The translations under genes and the position numbers were made by a program. A DNA stretch of 64,000 nucleotides from Chrysomallon squamiferum (Eukaryota > Animalia > Mollusca): assembly GCA_012295275.1 (NCBI GenBank), contig CM022675.1:17236001-17300000 (forward strand), written 5' to 3'. This document shows positions 1 through 17,300 of the stretch, one piece after another; position 1 is the stretch's first letter; each line of letters starts with the position of its first letter. A model generated the notes under the pieces. It was not told where the DNA came from. It worked only from the letters and a program-made list of their open reading frames with translations, and searched no databases.

Positions 1-987
1 AAACCAACGGAACTAATAGTATGTACATTAAAACAAAACAAAACAAAAAAAGAAAAGGGGATGGAAGAAAATGGAATACAGAATCAAAAATATAGAAAAC
101 AAATCAAAATTAAACTGAATTCTGTAATACATTTTTCACGTTAATATTCGAGAATAGTATGAAAAACAGAAAAATGACTCTAATTTCGGAAATTGTCTAC
201 ATCTCTTAATTTCTTTTGGTAGTTTTTTCTTTCTTTCTTTCTTTCTTCTTCTTCCTCTTCTTTTTTTTTTTTTTTTTTTTATCTCAGTTGCTTTAATTTT
301 TTTAAACTTTATTTAAATAAAATATTAATAAGTACTTTTAAAAAACATATAATTGCAAGTAAATAATAACAGTCCTAATTCCATAAATACCAAGTGAAAT
401 TTCATATATAGTGAGTGTAGAACCTCCATCAACATGATAACATCGCCTGACTTTCTCAGATGCGAGACAAGAAAGAAGACTGAATACAATAAACAACGTG
501 AGCAGTGGTGGTAGAAAAACGTCACAATGGATACATAGTGTAGATAATAACTGTCTATAAAATATCTACCTCAGACAGCGAGCCGCTGCCCGTGGACAAG
601 GGACTCGCATCTCTGTGAGATCGAGGTCTACATGGAATCGATTCTAATAAAATAGTTCTAATCTAACTAATTGATTCATATGCCAAAGATAAAACATCTA
701 GGATCGATTCTCAGTAATAACTTAATAAGTAATTTATCGTCGCAGCCATTTCTCACGTCTGTTATGTGAAATGCTGTGGTACCATATTTACACAAAAAAG
801 ATGTTTGTACAAGAGATCTCGTATTGCAAATGAAAAACGTTTTCGGTATGACGATGTAAGAATCCCAACTGTATTACAAACAAAAAGGCAGATAAAGAAA
901 AACAAATGCTATATTTATGCCATTAATAAAATAAATTTTGACATAGCATATTGAATATAAAAATTATATGACTTAGCTTATTTTTAC

Positions 988-5136
<4,149 letters not shown>

Positions 5137-5143
5137 GACTGAA

Positions 5144-5194
<51 letters not shown>

Positions 5195-5933
5195 ATTTGA
5201 TGATGACAGTCTAAAAGAACAAACAAGAATTGTTACATGGCATTATTATGAAATATTTTTATTAAAACGAAGAATACTAAAACATTCAACACAGTAATAT
5301 CATTAACAGTAAAACGACCACTGCCATACTGACGACGACGACAACAACAACGAATAATATTTACGGAAAAAATTTCATTAAAACTACAAGAGACGATTTA
5401 AATATCTTTTCTGAAACATTGACTAAAAAATAATTATTAATAAAACTTTAGTGAAGTAATTGAAATTTTCTACTCACCTTTCTCTCATAATGTTACGTTT
5501 AACTAACGTCAATCAAATGAAGTATGAATAATAAGTCATGAAAGTCTAGTGCATAACCTATGCTTATATTCAAATAATACTGAATCTCATAGCTGTGTTA
5601 AAACTAATGCATAAGAAAATAAGGTAATTCGATAATGTATATTGTAATCTGAGTAATTTTACTAATGATTAACTAATAACAATATGCTAATCTGTATTAT
5701 CACTTACCATTATGTATATTGACATCTACATCACTTAACCTGTCTTTCATCTTCTCATAGTTTGTTCAGATCACTGAATTACTATATGTCTAGCTTTTCG
5801 TTTGGAAACAAATCGGTTCATTTATATGTTAGTCTCGAATTCAGATCTGTAGTCCTATATTGCTTCATCGGTCCTCCGGAAAGACTCAGTGTAATTATGT
5901 TACTTGACTCAGAAAACGAGGTCCACTAGTCTG

Positions 5934-5942
5934 CTATTTATA
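5934..5942 (-). promoter_or_regulatory. Possible TATA box of rGC-A
   Basis: Minus-strand TATAAATAG lies upstream of strong minus-strand donors (GTAAGT at 5707-5702, GTGAGT at 5477-5472) that could end 5'-UTR exons. The AT-rich background makes this weak. Confidence 0.25.
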
Positions 5943-7283
5943 TTTGGTTGGCGAATTATCTCAGACTTTGTGTTTAACTGTGTCTCGTTTTTAAATGTTT
6001 CACTAGTACGCTTTCATGGCTTTTGCAATAATTGCGCATTTTGACTAAATGACGTCCACGAAATGACAGTGTTAATACCAACAGCATCGTCATTATCGTT
6101 ATCAGTATGTATGAACATGCTACAAACAACAATCACAGTGAAAATATATTATAAAATAATAATGGACAACATTTAAATCTGGCTGAAAAATGTTACTTTC
6201 TATATTAATCTAATTCAAGGAGAAGACAAAAACATTAAAGATGTCAAAAAACTGCAACAATAAAAATAAACAACAGCAATAACAATAACAGCAACAGCAA
6301 CTTCTAGAGCAACAATGGTTAAAATGATTATGTGGATGATGAACCTAACGACGGTTATTATGATGATGGTGTTGAAATTAATTAATGAGAAGTATACGGT
6401 ATGTGAACAATAATGATGGTATTCAAGATGGTAGTGAAAATATAATGATGATGGTCAATTCTAAAAGTAATGTAAAATTTTAACAGAATAAAAATGTAAC
6501 GTACCTCTGTTTTCTCAATCTGCAGATGGCAAAGAAAACATAAAAATGTGCCAGGGTCCTCCACAGCGTTGGAACAGGTAAATCTCTATACATTTACGTT
6601 CAACAAAATAGCAAATCAGCCAGTTTATTGTGATAAAACTATTCATGCGAACAATCAGATTTAGATTTCATCAATAATTTGCTTTAATTACTCACAAAGC
6701 TGGTACTTAAATGTCTTTCCTATTGTGTGTGAGTTTAATAAAGAAAAACAAAGGAGATAACATGACACACTGCTATCTGAAATCAAATTCTCGCTAAACT
6801 TACGTATAAATTCACTTATTTAGTTATTTTTTTGAGAATTTCGTAGGGTCAAAAATGAAATACGAAGTTTATATAATTATAAATTTTGTATTGTTTGAGC
6901 TGTTATTTATTTATTTATTTATATATGTATTTTACCACAAATCAAAATAATTATCTATATTATATTATATTCTTTTTTAAAAAAACAATTACAAAAATAA
7001 ATAAATAAATTACTAAATAAATAACTAACTAAATAAATAAATAAATAAATTACTAAATAAATAAATAAATAAATTTTTCTTACATCATTTTACAATAATT
7101 CTGCTATAAATAACTTCTAAAATAAAACCTGAAAGTACACAGCTATACCAGAAATACCTGATTTACCTATTTTAAAAACATGTGTATAATCTGGGATGTG
7201 TTAATTCGAAACAAACGTAGAAAAACACTGAAAAGCGTGTACGTGTGTGTATTTAAGCACGAAAGGGCACAAATGTGCATTTG

Positions 7284-7359
<76 letters not shown>

Positions 7360-7472
7360 ACAATAAAATTATATAAAAAACAGATTACAATGTGGAGAAA
7401 AATACACAAAAATTAAGAAGAAGAATTTAAAATAAATATATAAATTTATCATAATAATAATAATAATAATAA

Positions 7473-7506
<34 letters not shown>

Positions 7507-8060
7507 GAAATAAAAAGAAAGAAATAAAAAGAAAGAAATAAAAATCATTAAACAAAACACTGTAAATACTAAATAAACAAATAAATATATGGTAGTAATA
7601 GTAATAGATGTTGTTGTTAATATTATTAATATTAGATATTATTAATGGAACAAAATAGAAGGACATTTTTAAATGAAATCTTTCAGCAAATTAAGTTCAA
7701 TTTCTTAAATTCTATTTGAATATGCTGCCATTTGAATAAACGGAAATAAGATACTTATAAAGCTAAACCATGTAATACTGTTATACATTAAATTATATTC
7801 ATAAACTATAAGAAAATGAAAAGTTTTAAAGTATCTAGAAGGTACTATATTCTTAGCATATATTTTGCTCTATGACCTAGATTCTGGTGGCTGGAAGGAA
7901 AACTAACAATTTGGAAATCGATATAATAGCACCTTGTAAATTAGATTATTCTTGATTTGTCAGTTCTTTCTTTTTCTTTCTTTTACTCTTCTTCTTTCTT
8001 GCTGTCTTGCCTTTCAGACAAAAAAAATAAAAAATAAAAAATAATAAATAAATAAATACA

Positions 8061-8131
<71 letters not shown>

Positions 8132-9170
8132 CCCCAAAACAGTTGAAAATGACCATCAGAAGACTGCCAGTACACGGTGTGACTGATTTTATGTTTGAAT
8201 GCAGATAAAGAAACAAAAATCATAATTTTCATTACAAAGAACGATTCTTTGCTCAAAAATATAAAATAAATATATAAAAATAAAATAAAATAAAATAATA
8301 TAAATAAGTAATAAATTTAGAAACAAGTGAAAAATAAAAAGAAAGGAGTTCTCTGTTTGCTCTCTGTCTATTTCTGGCTCGCTCTCATTCGTACATTTAT
8401 TCATGTTTTAAAAAGCAAATTAACTGACAGTCGTTAGTTAAAAAAGCACACATACGGATGATTATAATTATTCATGTAACTCAGTGGATCTTTCAATAAG
8501 TGATGTTGGTTGCTATAGCAATGTAAAAATCTTCTTATCCTGCATTATTTTAAATATATTGAGTAACCTTCCACAACCAACTGTAAATTTTCTCAGCTTC
8601 GTCATTGATTTTTATTTTTATTTTTTTTTTTTTTTAAATCTCTCTTCACGAAAACTATAGGAATTATATAGGATTTAATTCAAAAAGATTTATTAACATG
8701 CACTACTAGTTTCTGCGATGGTTTAGTTTAAAAAATAATGAAAAACAATATGTTCTGGGTTACATTATTAGGTACAAAATACTAATCCGTATTAAATAAA
8801 CGAGTGGAGCGAAATGGGAAAATTATGACTGTCTTACAAATAGATAACCTGTCGGACTAGGTGCTTAGAAACATCGAGAAACAAAACAAACTGTTTATAT
8901 GTTTATAAGCTGTTTTTAACACAAGTCCCAAGTATCTTTTTTTCCCTTTTTTTTTATTGATGAACATAGATTAATTTTAACTTGAATTGTAATTTATTTT
9001 ATAACTAAATTAGAGAGAGAAAAAAAAAAAAAAAAAAAAAAAAAAACATACGACAGAACAAGAAGAAATGACATACTCATACATAAATACACAGAAACGT
9101 ACCTACACATACATACATACAGACACATATATCATTCATATATACATAAATATATATATACACACACACA

Positions 9171-9264
9171 TACATACATACATACATACATACATACATA
9201 CATACATACATACATACATACATACATACATACATACATACATAGATACATACATACATACATA
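9171..9264. repeat. (TACA)n microsatellite
   Basis: Tetranucleotide run. Confidence 0.93.
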
Positions 9265-9877
9265 CTAAGGAGAGAGTTTCTTTTCATATTGTTAAAAAAT
9301 AATGCAAAAAGTGTATTCAGATATAAACCATTTCCTGTTCTTCATGATTCTTTATTGTTTTATTCCTTTTCTCTTCGTCTTAAATAAGCACTTTGAAACC
9401 ATGTATCGATTGAACCAGCCTGGAATTCTCACAGGCTACAGCTTTGTTTTTCTTCTTATAATAATACCGTACAGTTGAGTTAACACTCAAATAAATCTGT
9501 GATTAGTAAAATAAGATTAACGAAATAGCTACTTATTATAAACACTGATTTTAATAATTAAAATACTTAATAAACCAACAACGTGATTACATAACAAAAG
9601 GGAAATACGTAGATCATCCCAACATGAAGCAGATGTAGGATAATACATTAACCTTTTCCAGTTACTATACAAAGTCTCCAAAATTGTGTGTGTGTGTGTG
9701 TTTAAATATATAGTCACACACATAATCACACAAATATACGCATACATACATATACATTATAAACATATATATTCACACACATACATACATATATAAAAAC
9801 AAACATACATATATTTATATTTGTGTGATTATGTGTGTGTGTGTGAAAAAAAAAAAAATATATATATATATATATAT

Positions 9878-9953
9878 AGCTGTATGAGAAAGATGGTATT
9901 TATCTTGGTTGAGTGTTTTGGAATTGGCATCTTTTTAATTACAAAAAATAAAA
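9878..9953 (+). pseudogene. Short duplicated fragment of the CDK5RAP3 exon 4/intron 4 junction
   Basis: AGCTGTATGAGAAAGATGGTATTTATCTTGGTTGAGTGTTTTGGAATTGGCATCTTTTTAATTACAAAAAATAAAA aligns to 16916-16991 with about 5 substitutions and a 1-nt insertion in the donor (GTGAG to GTTGAG). Confidence 0.85.
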
Positions 9954-10693
9954 TGTATACGTATGTATGTATATACCACACACGGTAAGATAGATATCTG
10001 TGTGTGATATGATAATATAAAAGAAAGAAGGAAGACTGCACTGAACACTTTAATCTATGTTTATGGTTAAACCAGTGTGAGTCAGTCTGAACCATTGGAA
10101 AGAAGGACACGTTCTCTCATATTTAATGCTAATTAAATATAACATTAGTTTTCAATATTTTATTATCCAAAAACAGTTCGTGATATACAATTATATTACG
10201 ATAAAATCTCTGTTTCAGTGTTAACATTTCCTAACTTTATAACAAATAAAAACGAAAAAAAAATTAAAAAAATTAAAAATTAAAAAAAAAAAAAAAATTT
10301 GAATTGATCGTTACTGAACAAAAGTTCGAAAATGTTGGTATCTTTTGGAGGCTTGTTTTATGCATGATTTTCTAAAATTTCAACTGATTAGCGCATTTCG
10401 GTTTTGAAAATGTGGTGAATTATTAAAGATATAACGTCAGAAAATATTTGTTCTTATTTTACGATTTATATATATGTATATATAAACTGAAATCGTTATA
10501 CTGATGACGCTTGTTTTCACGTTTTCGGGAAATCCGGGACAAATCTGGAAAAAATCAGAAATGTTGAACTTACCGCCATTTCCCACTTGAAACTCTATTC
10601 TGAGTCCAACTTTATCATCATGACAGTCCTCACTCAACTCATTTTCCATGAAGGTAAGAGTAAATTTTACACCTGCACCGTTACCATCTGAAC

Positions 10694-11395
10694 CAGTGGT
10701 TCTTAAGACATGCTTAGGTGTGCCCCTCGAAATTCCAGGATCTAGAAAATTTGTATTGATAAAAAATTGATTTATGTTACATTATATCCACACTTCAGCA
10801 TTAAAATGTTCTTGTATTTTCTGAAGGTAATTTGGAAAAACTTGCATAAATGATATCTTCCCCTTAATACTTGAACATTTGACAAATTTGGAAGATAAAT
10901 TAAATTATTATTTTCCATCAATTAACACTGAACAATACGCTTGGTTTTAAAATCCATTCATAGAAATTACAGATGATGCTAGTTTAACCGAAGAAGAAGA
11001 GCTAGCAGCTGTATCCACCGATGGTGGACCTAAGATTAAATATAAGGAATCTAGTCTTGAAACATTTTGCATTTCAATCAGAGAAGAATACCAGTCAATA
11101 TCCAAAAAAAAGCTTTAGCCATTTTACTGCAACTTTCAACATCAAATTTATGCGAATTAGGATGTTCCTCTCTCACCAACATCAAGTGCAAAAAAAGAAC
11201 AAATCTTCAGTCTGCTGACGAGGAAATGAGAGTTTGCTTATCATACATACGCCCCAGCATTGAAAAAATTGCCAAGACACGTCAGGCTCATACTTCTCAT
11301 CAGCACAAAATAGATGATGAATAAAGGTATACACCCTTCTTTCAGTTATTTCTGTATTTTTTTACATTTTTACTTAAAAAGTCTGAGAACCACTG
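10694..11395 (+). mobile_element. Non-autonomous, internally deleted hAT DNA transposon of the Buster/Charlie (ZBED5/8-like) type, 702 bp
   Basis: TIRs CAGTGGTTCTTAAGAC (10694) and GTCTGAGAACCACTG (ending 11395). Perfect 8-bp TSD ATCTGAAC at 10686-10693 and 11396-11403. Decayed transposase C-terminus YYFPSINTEQYAWF*NPF...EEYQSISK, frameshifting into KALAILLQLSTSNLCELGCSSLTNIKCKKRTNL..DEEMRVCLSYIRPSIEKIAKTRQAHTSH (hAT dimerisation domain). Confidence 0.93.
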
Positions 11396-12639
11396 ATCTG
11401 AACTAACAAACTTCCCAGAACCTAGCCTTCATTTTCCTACTGTACATTTTCTTTCTTACATATACCGTATGGCATTTATGATATTTGTTTACATTGCTTT
11501 TAAGTTTGTATGTTATCCTTATATTATTATATTTCCGTATTATATAGCTGATATGTGTACTATAGTTTAATCTTTCAGTAAATTTTGCGGTTAATATTTA
11601 CATTCGCGATTTCGCAGATCTTTTTATTTTCCGGACCGGTGTACACCCAACATTAGTCCGTGAAATCGAGGGTCAACGGCGTTGCAGTTGATAATGTAAC
11701 TAATGCGAATCTCCATTGTTAGCGGTGATATATTACTTGTATCAAATCTGTATTAACAAGTCAAAATAAAGAGGAACATCTGATTCATTGGTATAAATTG
11801 TATGTGTGTGCGTGAACGTGGGTGTTTGTATTACCAATCATTTTACCAGTTATGTTGTAAAGATTATAAAAAATTGCTACGAAGAGATTTACTGATAATA
11901 CAATACATTTTAAGAATTTTAAATAGTATTTTATATTTAGTTAACATTACTATTTTGAAAGTATATGTCTTTCTTGAGAAGGAAAACACCGCGATTGGAA
12001 TAGTGTGAAAGGTGAACGATATATATATACATTATGTCCAGAAAGTTTTAGATAAACTGTATAAGTTGACAGCATATTTTCTTTTAACTGTTTTCAGTGA
12101 AAGTAGTTGTCCTCATGTATGTTAGTATGTTCATCATATATCCTTGTGTTTAGCTAAGTCAATGCAAAGAAAATGCTCACTAAAGACAAATTCATTTTAA
12201 TTGTCAAAATAAAATGATACTCTTTAGTTTTGCGGCTGAAGGCTCATTTGTTATTTTTACAGCAAATTCGACAGCAAATTCTTTAACAAAAACCATTTAG
12301 GGATTTATTAAATCATTCTGGCTACAGACCTAATTCAAAATGTAATAGCGTGGGTTCACAACTTCTTTGACTCCAAAATGCTTATAATACCTCTCTATTC
12401 TGCTAATACTAAGGTCAGAATCAAAATATTACGAGATCATATTAAGGATTATTTTGGGATAACCTATATTTCTATAAGTCATTTCACCCTTTTAACTGAA
12501 AAGAAAACCTTGAACGTTCATTTGCAATCATTTGCTTGAAATAATTATGCATTATCTTGTGGAACGATATTCAAGAATCAAGACTGAAAGGCGCAGAAGC
12601 TAAGGGGAAATTACAACGACAGATTATTTGCTAGTTTAT

Positions 12640-12780
12640 CCAATCAGCTTCTGGTTTGCATTCAACAACCAATCAAGACATCTAATCTATAAAAAGTCGG
12701 ATATGTCTTCCACGTGCGGAAATGTAACGCTGATTTTATTTCCCATATGTTTATGTTTATTTAAATTTTTCAGTGTAAGT
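12640..12780 (+). promoter_or_regulatory. Putative CDK5RAP3 promoter and non-coding first exon
   Basis: Two CCAAT boxes (12640 and 12669, 29 bp apart), TATAAAA (12688), E-box CACGTG (12711), ETS-like CGGAA (12717), then donor GTAAGT at 12775. It lies 1.6 kb upstream of the ATG exon. Confidence 0.5.
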
Positions 12781-14098
12781 TAGTTCTCTAATATTTTGCA
12801 TCGTTAAAGATTGACAGATACAGTAATTATTTACGGACTGTTAGGTATTCTTGCAGAAGAAAAATGATATGTCTTGTCAAGTTATACTAACTTAAGTAAC
12901 ATTAACAATAAATGAATAATAATATTAATACTAAGACGTAAGAGTAAGAGTAAGACTATTCAGTATACTCTATAGTATAGAGTAATAGACTAAATTATAA
13001 TTTCTAGGAACTCAGAACGTAAACACTGACGATCGAGTTAACTGATCTTACTCAGTTATTGAATTTACTGATTCTTTTTCCTAATTTTGATCGTAAACCA
13101 TTGAAGTAACGATAGTATTTAGTATTTACAATTTAAGAATGATTGATAGTTATTATCTATTTTATTTATTTTGATGAGCAATATCTAAATATTAACAATT
13201 ATAACAAACTGTAGACAGTTCAGTTAATAGTTTAATATCATTCATTTATCATCCTTAATGCTTACACCGTACAGTTTTGCATCACTGCATATTTCGTAAT
13301 TAGTTTATGGGTGAGCTACAACTAACAAATTACACACCGTCGTAAATATTAACTCATCTTCTAAACATATTCTTAAATTATGCTGCATTATGAAGTAACA
13401 TCTTACTATAATAATAGTGTGGCAGTAACAGACACAGATACAAAAAGTATTAAAATAATGTCAGTTTTTTAAAATATTAAACATATGATATTCATGTGTT
13501 TAACATTAATTTTTTGCCATTGCAATCCAGTATTTTGGTAACATTAATTTGCAGTAAGCTATTTTTCTGTTAAGATGAATTATACTGTTTGTTTTGTTTT
13601 GTTTTGTTTGTTTGTTTGTTAGTAGCGTTTTTTTTTCTTCAGTTTTATTATATATATATATATATACAGAGGTCTTGCTACATATTGTAAGACATGGTGC
13701 TGAATGGCTAAATTATTGCACATGAATTTCAATGATTGCTACAAACTTTTTAACATGCAACTGCATAATAATTATGTTATCCTTGATACATAAATAACTG
13801 CTTAAAATATTACCATTGTCCATCAAAAACAATATAAAAATAATTATTGTAAGCAATGCATTGCCAATTCAATGTCACATTCTCATAAATATTCATCATC
13901 ACACTGCATAGCAATCTTTTACTTCCAGAGCAATAAATATTATCTCACATTTAACACACACACACACGCCTTCTGTATATATTGTATATAAATGAGTGTA
14001 TATATATATATTATTTTGTATAAATATATTCATGTAAAGAATATAATTCACAGAACAACCAGACACAATTCACCAGCAACAGACACTTTGATTTTATT

Positions 14099-14163
14099 TA
14101 ATTGCAAATAAAATAAACTTGTTAATGCTTTAGCTATTAACACGTTTATTTTATTTGCAATTA
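14099..14163. repeat. Near-perfect 28-bp inverted repeat (hairpin; possible tiny MITE flanked by TA)
   Basis: TAATTGCAAATAAAATAAACTTGTTAAT, a 9-nt spacer, then ATTAACACGTTTATTTTATTTGCAATTA; one mismatch. Confidence 0.8.
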
Positions 14164-14365
14164 TATATTTGACAAACAATTAATTTGAGCATTGTTGAAA
14201 GTAATTGTACCCTGAACATTTTCTGTACCATCCCTTCGTTTAACTTGCACCAGTTGCACTGATTCCTGCCATCCCTTTGACAAATATATATGTATATTTA
14301 TTTATTATTTATTTTATTTTCTATTTCTCGGTGATCAGTATAGTTGTAAACTGTAGAAGAGAAAA

Positions 14366-17300
14366 ATGTCAGATGATAACATACAGAATCTACCTATTGA
14401 TATCCATTACAACAAACTACTTGGTAAGTCACATCTAGATAAACTCTAAATATATTACTTGGGTTTAAATAACTGTTGAATTTTCAGTTTTAAAATAAAA
14501 ATATCTGTCATCAAATATTGACATAGGTAATTATTTTGAATCATGTTAATTTTGCCAGTAATTAGTGATAAATTGGTGACTTTTTTTTTTGTAGTTTTGT
14601 TTAAGTATGTGTATAATTCAGTTAAAGTTTTAAATAAAAATCCCAGGTTTTGTATTTATTTGGATTTTTCTCCCAAGTTGTACTTTAATTCACTCAATGA
14701 AATTTTATTTTTTATTTTATTTTTTCATATTTTATTTTCTTCCTAAAATGATTAATATACATGCAGAAGTAGTTGTTTTCCTTCACTGTAGATCACAAAT
14801 GCTGACAATTTCTGTTAATAAGCCAGATATATTTTCTTTTTTTCATTTACTGGTCCCATAACATTAAACTTAACCAATTAAGTACTTTATTGACTTGTTA
14901 CATACAAGCCATGACTTTAAATTCATCTCTATCTACAGTGGCTGAACTACATAACAGAAATTGCTGATGTATTCAGTATTGTGTCACAGTTTTCATGATC
15001 CAGTATGATCCCTGATCATACTTCTGCTGATTCAATCTTTTGACTTCTGTCTGAAATGTTTTCAAATATTAAAATGTAATCTTATTTTAAATCCAGACTG
15101 GTTGATTAACAGGCGACACTGTGCTCAGCACTGGCAGATAGCAGCTGTGGAAATCAGACAGAAAATAAACTGTGCACTTGATGACATGCCAGCAGTGGAA
15201 GAAATCAGAAAACTGATAGAGGGAGCAAGTAAGTTTCAGAACCTTTAATAATATCTCACTATTACAAAGATCAGTAAAGGGAACTACTATGTTTGAGGAT
15301 CTGCTGTGATAACCATTTCATTATTTAAGATATGTGCAGTAATATCAAAATAAACTGTTTTAATGGATCCCAAAAGTCTGGTTTCTCTAATGATTAGCTT
15401 ACGGCTATTGTGGCTAATTCAGAATAGTGAACACCAACATTCTTTTATTAAAAGAAAGTTCTAAATGACTTAGTATAACATGCTGATTTTCATTGTTTAT
15501 TTTTTAACTTTTAACAATATTTATTTTTGTATAACTATCCATCTTTACTAATAGCATATTCTAAACATTTAAATATTTTTTGACATTGATTTTAAATTTA
15601 ATAGAGAAAGTTGAATTAAACTGTTTTGAAGTTTAAGAATATCTTAATTTTCACATGGTATTTTGTGTTGAGTATGTAAAGTATATCTTCTTTTTGACAT
15701 TATTATTTTTGTTATAAATTTTATTATGCCCAAGCTCTGTATCTTTTCAGATGTCAACTATTTTTACAGTCTCAAGATATTAGAACTTCTGAAAAATATT
15801 GAAAGTGAGAAGAAAACTATCTTTGGCCAATATGAATCTCAGAGACTGAAAGTGGGTTAAAGATTAATAGCAAAGCTTTTCAGCATAATGAGTTGATAAT
15901 TAAACATAAATTTTAGTAAATAATTCTGAATTTTCTGATATTTGAAAGAAGAAGGTATGATACAAATTAGTTTTGGCTTCTATATATATGTCATCATATC
16001 TTATACTTTTATAGATATATGCCTTCTAGTCAAGAATAAGCTGGTTTTTTTAGATGTCAGCTGCGATAGGAAAATAAATAAATGGGAGACCTGAATTAAA
16101 AAAACAGAAAAAAACATGCCATAATGTTAACTAAACATATTATTTTCATAACTTATAAAGATAAATTGGTTTAGGCCTCACAGTCATCAAAGCAGAAGAT
16201 ATTTAAAGTTCAAGAATACAATCATTAATAGATGCCAGTAATGTGAGATCCAAATGAGGATGCATGTATAGCTGAAACCATATATTTGTCACATATTGAA
16301 TTTTAGCAAAATGAAGACTGGTCAGTAATATTCAATATTTGTCTTAATTGCAAGATTTAATTGAATTTTTTCTCTCATTATAAAAAAAGAAAAAACACCC
16401 AATTTAATTCAAGAAGTTGTTCTATCTGTATTGAAATATATAAATAATATAATACCAGTACTATAATAATCATTATTATATACATACGTCATTTCATTAC
16501 TTTTATTAAATATTAATTATTTTTCATGTATTAATGGAATTAAAAAAAAAAGAAAAACCCAAACAAGAATCAGTGTTATATTTTATGACTAGTGGTAGAA
16601 ACCTCTTTACCACTTCAGGACAGTAATGTCAGGATCACTATTCAGGTATAATAACTCTGGCTGTAACATAATTTGTGATTAAACTATGTTTTTGTAATTC
16701 AGTTTTTTATTTTTACTGTTATTTGTAATAAATAATCCATGTTAAACATATTTTATTGGATTGGATTTTTTGAGTTAGGCATATACATTATAAAATTCAA
16801 AATTAAAGGAGTAATGAGAAGTTTAAAATAAATGATTAAAAATTTGATCTGATGTTTATTTATTGTAGTTTTCTAAAAGTATCTGTTATTTTTCAGAATT
16901 GGTCAGAGATTATTAAGCTGTATGAGAAAGATGGTGTTTATCTTGGTGAGTGTATTGGATTTGGCATCTTTTTAATTACCAAAAATAAGAACCTGTATTT
17001 TTCATTCAAACTTGATTTTTATAAAGTAAAATTTCACTAAATAAAAACATCTGTTATAAAAATGTTTTGAAAGATATTTGTAATTTAATTTACATATCTT
17101 GGCTGTTTTATAATTTTTTAATTTTGTAGCCGAAACTGCACAGATGATTGCCAGAAATGTCAATTATGAAGTACCTGCCTTGAAAAAACAAATAACAAGA
17201 TGTCAGCAGACAGAGAAGGTTAACCTAGTTTTACATTCCTCTGTGTTTTCCTTATTCTTTCAATAAATGACAAAAAATAATTTCAAATTGTTTTTAGTAA

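Noticed and set aside
565-630. GC-rich imperfect hairpin in rGC-A intron 5 as an ncRNA
   Set aside because: Pairing is short and interrupted, with no recognisable tRNA, snoRNA or miRNA features.
5478-5488. ATGAGAGAAAG|GTGAG as the first coding exon of rGC-A
   Set aside because: The phase-2 donor is out of frame with the signal-peptide exon, which needs phase 1. It is at most a 5'-UTR exon with an upstream ATG.
10437-10649. 70-aa minus-strand ORF next to the hAT element
   Set aside because: No recognisable domain, and it lies outside the TSD-delimited element.
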